Assembly (NCBI GenBank): GCA_964016885.1
Contig: OZ024757.1
Span: 4,402,001-4,466,000 of the forward strand
Direction: 5' to 3'
Origin: Eledone cirrhosa
Taxonomy: Eukaryota
Length of the DNA stretch: 64,000 nt
Within the stretch, counting starts at the first letter, position 1. Every line of letters starts with the position of its first letter. The position numbers were made by a program, and so were the translations under genes. Under the pieces are notes generated by a model that was given only the letters and a program-made list of their open reading frames with translations, was not told the DNA's origin and made no database searches. Positions 56,913 through 64,000 of this stretch are shown here, piece by piece.

Positions 56913-57428
56913 TTCAAAGGAATATAAATTAAAATAAGGAAAGAATGTTACATAATGTAATGTTCCATATATTGGTATTTCACTATGGTGTCCTGGGTGT
57001 ATCAATTTCCTGCCATAATCAACCAGTATTCTTCTGTCAATGCGGCATTGTGTGAGATCTGCCTATGGGTAGCAAGATGGCCGCCACTGGACATATTTAC
57101 CTTACTAATTAGAGGGTGGTTTCAGGGAAAGTAACTCCTCGAGAGATTAGAAATTGTGGGTAGTTTATAGTTAATTGCTAATTTTTTTATTTTTTTATTG
57201 AGAGACGATGTAGGGGAGGTGTCTTATAATTATATAAGTTAGTTATAGCTATTTAACTTATTAGCTACAAGTAAAATTGGGGCTAGATGACCATGTTGGG
57301 TCAAATATCTTTAATTATGTTAATTATTTTCAACTGAACCAGATCAATAATGATATATAGTCATTTGATCTAGAAATATTATATGGAGTAGCGAAATAAT
57401 TGTAAACAGACATTATTATTATTATTAA

Positions 57429-57620
57429 GCGGTGGTGGATTGGCAGTATCAGTAGAGGGTCGGGCGCCATGCTTTCCAGCATAGTTACATCCCTTTACGA
57501 TCTGAGTTCAAATCCCGCCGAGGTTGACTTTGCCTTTCATCCTTACGGGGTCGATAAAATAAAGTACCAGTAATGCACTGGGTAATTGCTGGCCTTGTGC
57601 CTAAAGTAGAAACAATTATT
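57429..57620 (+). mobile_element. tRNA-derived SINE
   Basis: Box A TGGCAGTATCAG and box B GTTCAAATCC. Inserted in an (ATT)n tract. Confidence 0.85.
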
Positions 57621-57929
57621 ATTATTAATATTATTATTAATATTATTATTATTATTCTCTACATTCCTTACATCAAACTAAAATATGTTGACAATCTTTT
57701 AATAATGTCTACCTTGTGAAATTTGTGGTCTTGTTTTGCTTAACTAATGAATATTTCCAGGTCTGCGCGCCTAACTTCTGCATGAACCCATCCACCTAGC
57801 TGCTTTCCACTGCATATTGCACATTGAGCACATGCCTTTACGCTTTGGCTTCTAACTAATTCACCAATCTCTCCTCTCCTATCTCCCCACCTATCTCCAT
57901 CTCTCTCTTTAAGATTGGTTACTCTTAAA

Positions 57930-58051
<122 letters not shown>

Positions 58052-58072
58052 ATACATATATACATATATATC

Positions 58073-58104
<32 letters not shown>

Positions 58105-58111
<7 letters not shown>

Positions 58112-58798
58112 CAGATTAAAGTTTAAGCAAAGAATCGCTGCTTTCACCCTTAACGGGATCTTCTGAAACTAACAAGTGAAACAATCTGTGAACGCGGAAG
58201 TGAATATTTCAAAAAATGTTGCAACCGGAGGAAGACAGGAAGATGATACTTTGGTTCGTGGAAACGTTCCCTGGCAAAGAACGGGAAAAAACGAAGATAA
58301 TACGTCATTATTTGGAGCGGTGAAAAACCATTACACGCAAAGACAAAACCACGTTAACGGTATAAAAGAAGTCGTAGACTAATATTCTATTAGGTGGTTC
58401 ATAGAGACGTTCTCTGGCAATGAACGAAACAAACGAAGATAATACGTCATATGTGAATCGGGGAGAACAATAGCACGCAAAGACAAAACCACGTAAATGG
58501 TATAACTGAAGTCGTAGACTAAAATTCTAACTAGGAAACCGAATGATTCTCGGCTTCAGAGTTAAGAATAAAGTAAATAAAATACAGAGGTAATCGAAAT
58601 TAAATAAATACATACACGTATCCATATACGTACTTACACAAGCATACGCGAAAACACTCGCCATATAGGTATACAAATACACGCACGTACACAAAAAAAC
58701 CCCGCACGCACATACAGAACCCACGCAACGCCTGTACCCGCACGCATACGAATATATACACCAAATACACATAAAATTATATATAAAAATATATATTA

Positions 58799-58829
<31 letters not shown>

Positions 58830-59477
58830 CGTGTGTGCGTGTATACATATAATTAAGTAAACGTATATAAATAAATAAATACGTATATAACAAGCGCACA
58901 CACATACTTACATGTAAATACACATATGTTCGGAGACGTACGTCAACCAAAACACGAAATACACATATACACACACCCTACATACGTACGAACCCGCATA
59001 CTCACACAGACGCAAAACTCACGTATACACATAACCAAAAGCATATGTACCAGAATATATAATATATACGCCAAAACACATACAATCAAATATATGTACG
59101 AGGAAGTATACGTACCTTCACAAAATATACAGGTAATATATACTTACCTATGCAAAGAAGTAATGGTATAAACATAACATATACTTAGCTCCCACATCAA
59201 GACGTAAAATATCCGCATACAGTTCATACTATCCGTTAAATATTTGCTCTACGGTTCTTATATATTTGATATATATTTATCCTTATCGAGCCCTCTTTGG
59301 ATTTTAGTCTTCAAATTTATTTTTATTACTATAAACTTACGTAGGAATACAAGTGAAATCATAAACTCGTCATCTACGTAAACCTCTTGTTGAGTCATAC
59401 AACGCCGTGCGCCAAAACTATCCATAAGAAGTATTCACAACCTCTAATTGGATTACCTATAACGATATCTTGTTATC

Positions 59478-59535
<58 letters not shown>

Positions 59536-59890
59536 AACAACAAACAGCGGAGGACGCGTTTCGCACCTTTCCGACAGACAACCTTTCCCCCACCCCGGAA
59601 AAACCCCCAGTTGATGGATGTGAATCCAAAATATATAGGGACAATTAAATCTCTCCCAAGGTAACTCTCTCTCGTGTTCTTATTTTTATTTTATCCTTTA
59701 TACTCTTTCCTTCATTCTTCTACACGTCTTATACAGACCACGCATCTCAACGTACACCCATTTACATCTCTCTCTCCACCACCGGATCTTGTTACCCGGA
59801 GATTTACCTATTTGCATTGTCGAGGCTTCCAAACGACTTAAAGATATTTACCTATTATTCCACAATGCTTCAAGAAAACTTCAATACTCT

Positions 59891-59943
<53 letters not shown>

Positions 59944-60098
59944 CAACAATAATAAATTTGAAGACTAAAATCCAAAGAGGGCTCGATAAGGATAAATATA
60001 TATCAAATATATAAGAACCGTAGAGCAAATATTTATTAAAATAACAGATTAAAGTTTAAGCAAACAATCGCTGCTTTCACCCTTAACGGGATCTTCTG

Positions 60099-60100
<2 letters not shown>
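58105..60100 (-). mobile_element. Non-coding 3'-end copies of the family F Naiad
   Basis: 58105-58272 and 59158-59237 match 43110-43360, with about 880 extra bp between them that include a roughly 140-bp-period duplication. HHR at 58120-58170, truncated HHR at 60053-60099. Confidence 0.75.
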
Positions 60101-60130
<30 letters not shown>

Positions 60131-60131
<1 letters not shown>

Positions 60132-60908
60132 TAATTTAATATATCTACTAACATAAGCGCACAGATGTACGCTAATGCCAGCAAATACACAGGTTATGTC
60201 ATAGTACCTAGGTGGTACAATGCAGGAGAATGCAGAACAATAATATAAAAGACGTAAAATAAGAAAATTTAAAAAAAAAATTTTTTTTTTAAATTAACTT
60301 ACTTACTTAAATTTTCACTCCAACTAATTAGTTTCTGCAATAAAATTTTCTTATTTTACGTCTTTTATATTATTGTTCTGCATTCTCCTGCATTGAACCA
60401 CCTAGGTACTATGACATAACCTGTGTATTTGCTGGCATTAGCGTACATCTGTGCGCTTATGTTAGTAGATATATTAAATTATCTATATTTATCTCCAAAT
60501 CACTGATTTGTCGAGCAAACCTGCCAAAACCACTTCTAAATTTTTTTGGGGGTGTAGTAGGCGCCTGTCATCTTACCATCCCATTCCTACTGACTAGCCT
60601 CTGTGTCACGTGATTGATTCTTCAGAATCAGCCATATGATCAGTGGCAGTGAGAATTTTCGGTAGCTGGAATCCAGTCCTCGATAGCTGTTCCATTTACA
60701 GAATTATTATTATTTTTATATGAGTCCCCAGTGTCCGCGCATCGCCTGGAGACTCGGCTGAGAATGACCTCCCTGATGACGCAATGAAATTCTCAACAGT
60801 TCATTACGTAACTGTCTTTATCCCATTGCAGAAACTAATTAGTTGGAGTGAAAATTTAAGTAAGTTAATTTTTAAAAAAAATTTTTTTTTTAAATTTCTT
60901 ATTTTACG

Positions 60909-60915
<7 letters not shown>
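60131..60915. mobile_element. ORF-less HHR element, family A (about 550-nt redundant unit plus inverted partial copy)
   Basis: Same architecture as 11524-12476 and homologous to it. Confidence 0.8.
60769..60848 (+). ncRNA. Type I hammerhead ribozyme, family A
   Basis: CTCC-CTGATGA-cGCAATG..ACAGTT/AACTGT..CATTGCa-GAAA-CTAATTA-GTT-GGAG. Confidence 0.85.
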
Positions 60916-60984
<69 letters not shown>

Positions 60985-61039
60985 AGTTAAAGAATGAAGA
61001 GTAACATGGTTGCCTGTACACTAAGGGGATTTATTTAAA

Positions 61040-61131
61040 GTACTGACAATTGTTTCGTTGATCAGGTGTGTCTAGAGTTCGCTAATCGATCTCCAATACA
61101 TTATTTACCACTGGTCAACACATCAGAGTAC
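61040..61131 (-). ncRNA. Hammerhead ribozyme (A9U) with long loop II
   Basis: GTACT-CTGATGT-GTTGACCAG[about 45 nt]CTGATCAAC-GAAA-CAATT-GTC-AGTAC-tttaAATAAA. Confidence 0.75.
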
Positions 61132-61554
61132 GTAGATATAAAAATAATTCACTCGAGGTAAGTCATATATAGAAAAATAGCGTATAATCAAAACAATAAC
61201 ATCAATAATAAAACATATATGGTAAATAGGTAGTGAAGATACAGATGTAAAAAATAAAAAGTAAAATATAAGATAGGGTACATTAAAAAAGAAAGAAAAG
61301 GAGAAAATGGAAAATATAAAGAAATAAATAAGGATAAGTGAGAACATGTAAGTGCATAGTATGTTTGTAGTAGTTTTGAGTAAGTGTTCTTATAAGGATT
61401 CCTTAGTGGGTTTAGTGCTAACATGAAAAACCAGATTCGAGATGTACATAGATACGTGTAGAGGGTCCGATGTAGTGACAGATAAAAGAAAAAACAATAA
61501 ATTAGAGATTAATTGGTGGATATGTATCCACCAATTTATGTATCCTCTAATTTA

Positions 61555-62460
61555 TTGTTTGTCCGCTAATGAGCAGATATTCGACAAACATGGGCCTCAT
61601 TACAACCAGGCCCTCAAGCGGAGTAGCTTCCGGGAGGAAATATCCTTTTATCCAGCTTCTCTTAGCGGAACCAGCAGGCGACACCGCCGCTCACGCAACG
61701 TAACGTGGTTCAATCCTCCCCACAATGCCGAGGTGGCAACACCTATCGGGAAAATCTTCTTTAGGCTCCTCGAAAAACAGTTACCACTACAACACCGCTA
61801 CCACAACATAATCAACAAAAACACCACCAAACTCTCCTACAGCACCACACCTAACTTCACACAAAACATCGTCTCCTCAAACAACAAAAAACTCAACCCC
61901 TATGGAAGAAACAACCTAGACATCAGAGGAGAGCCGACCAGGAGGTGTAACTGCCCTGATAGATCTACGTGGCCCCTCAACAACAGATGCCGAGAATGTA
62001 ACGTGATCTACCAGTGCAACGTGGGGACGGACACCTCCAACAAAGCTTATATACGATTAACCGCTTGTGACTTTAAGACCTGGCTCTACCAACACCGACA
62101 TACTTTCCGAAACCCGGTCCGGCGACATGCCACTACACTTTCGGGCCACATCTGGGACCTCAAAGATAATAATATAACCTACAATCTCACTTGGAGCTTA
62201 CTGTCCAGAGCTAACTCTTACACGGGAGGACGCCGTCCGTGTAACTTATGCTCGGAGGAAACATTACAAACGCTGTTTTCGAAGGACCAACTCCTAAACA
62301 AGAAAGACGAACTGGTAACCGCATGCAAACACAGATTGTGTAGGACTTACCTCGCCCTCAAACCCCATAACGACCCGGGTGGGTAGACAAGGGCTGACAC
62401 CCCCTACTTGCCAAATAAGTTAGGGGAAATCCCAGCTTACATAGGTAGATGTACCTCTTT
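61555..62460 (+). mobile_element. Naiad-type PLE fragment (thumb, linker, GIY-YIG)
   Basis: WFNPPHN, LSYSTTPN, CNCPDRSTWPL, VIYQC, LTWSLL, CNLCSEE, CKH. Confidence 0.88.
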
Positions 62461-62605
62461 TCTTTTCTTCTATGTTTTCTCCTTCCCTCTGGTGGGGGTG
62501 ATGTATGTGGCATGATATACAAAATATGGGCTTACAAATGGTTACATGCAATAAAATAAATTCACTGAGATGAGGGATGGTGAGACGGGGCAAAGGTGGT
62601 TATTA

Positions 62606-63460
62606 TTATGTTGGGGCATGGTTAGTGTGTGGCCCTCCGCCGAATATTTGTTCAGAAAATGTGTTCAGCCTGGTGTGTCTGCAATTGATAATTATGTTCG
62701 ACCTATAGTTTATGGCAGATTTTAATTTAATTATTTCTGCCGCCTCGGCCAGGCATAACCTGCAGTGGTTTCTGTCACTGGGGAGTTGCGCCACGCGTCT
62801 TTTGACTGACCATGTGATCTGGGATTCGATGTTCCTGTCCTTGAGGTCCCAGATCAAATCAGCCAGTCTAGTTTGGGATCGTTTCAGCCTATGTTTAAAG
62901 GAGCTTCTATGGTTATGCCAGCGCTCCTTAAACGTAGTGGAGGTCGCACCTATATATGAGTACTATTTATTGCCAGCTGTGACATCGCACCGGTAAACAA
63001 TATTTTTAACGAGGCACTCCCCGTTTAATGGGCATTCAGCCCGTTTTTTGCAGTTGCAATTGGGTGTTACCGGTGTGGTGGCACGTTGCCGGTTGGTGGC
63101 ATGCTGTGTGGAGCTGTCATGTGAGTTGTGGTGTTGTGTTGTGTATGTGGTTTCGTTCTGGGTTGCGGTAGTGGTTTGTTGTGGGGAAACCATGTGTTTG
63201 CGTATTTTTGTCCTATTAGTGTATGCTATTGTGTGGCCTAGATTTGGTGCTGTGGAGAAAGAGAATTTTACAGTGTGTCTATTGAAGAGCTTGTGGTATT
63301 TATGTGTGTGATGTGTGTGTGGAAAAGATTGTTCAAGGGCCCTGAAGAAGGTTCCCAGTATATTGGTGGCAACGTGTATAGATGTCACAGCTGGCAATAA
63401 ATAGTACTCATATATAGGTGCGACCTCCACTACGTTTAAGGAGCGCTGGCATAACCATAG
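62606..63460 (-). mobile_element. Naiad-type PLE fragment with short inverted duplication
   Basis: FFRALEQSFP, CNCKKRAECPLNGECL, YIGATSTTFKERWHNH, CRLCLAE. 63381-63460 is an inverted copy of 62908-62987. Confidence 0.85.
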
Positions 63461-64000
63461 ACCATGTGGCAGGTCTACTCCGGGCTCTACGGTGTTTAGT
63501 GAGGTTTTTGTGGTTATGTGGTAGTGTGGGTGCGTTTTGTTCAGGCGTATTTGTCATAGGGGTTTCTAGTAATCTATTGGGGTTATGTCTTTTGTCTCCA
63601 TTATTAAACACACACACCCAGCAACAACGACAAGAAAATAGCAGAACCACACCCCACCCCTAGCAAAAGAAATGCACAGCAATAAATACACACAACAAGA
63701 AACTATTGACTTACATAATTGAACACACATACATTTCACTGCACGACTACATAATACCAGCACCAATCAAAACACCAATGAACATAAGACTGGTAAGAAT
63801 ATCACAGAAACAATACACAAACATTAAAATGAAATTCCCCAACGCAGTTGGTGATTTCAGAAACCTAGGAGGGACACTCAACCGGAGAGTATATTCGGAT
63901 ATACTCACAGAAGAGCCGACGATTCAACGGTCCCTTCACCAGAAAATCAAGGTAAGTGATCCTTTCTCACTTGCCCCGTTCCTCACCCAACATGGCCGTA

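Larger units (their letters stand above)
56665..57751. mobile_element. ORF-less fold-back HHR element
   Basis: 56665-56895 is inverted against 57307-57751. The right arm is interrupted by a SINE. Confidence 0.8.

Noticed and set aside
59545-59570. Minus-strand GAAA-CGC-GTC HHR half
   Set aside because: I could not find a matching CUGANGA or stem I upstream. At most a truncated half.

Overview
Eukaryotic, gene-free and almost entirely repeat-derived DNA. The SINE types and the (TA)n load suggest an octopus-like cephalopod (inference). Transposon fragments are separated by (TA)n/(TATAC)n microsatellites, and the many YIYI ORFs are artefacts of these. The window is dominated by Penelope-like retroelements (PLEs): Naiad-type (ADKT, FDxxMGSxD, YRDD, CxCx5C, GIY-YIG), one Neptune-like fragment, and a third clade with GAAIG/RYVDD. 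It also holds a decayed near-complete RTE LINE, CR1-group LINE fragments, an L1/Tx1-like APE fragment and tRNA-derived SINEs. The main signal is non-coding. By hand-folding I find about 40 type I hammerhead ribozyme (HHR) motifs from about 24 distinct sequence families. Most have a palindromic stem III and many are followed by AATAAA-like signals. Many deviate from the canonical HHR: branched 40-90 nt insertions in stem II (one family shows compensatory changes), U3-A8, U4A and U4C core variants, and a recurrent U-U at the base of stem II. Several HHR families sit in ORF-less 400-760 nt terminally redundant or tandem units that resemble retrozymes. Most PLE insertions are tail-out fold-back palindromes. 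All structures were assigned by eye; none has been computed or tested.
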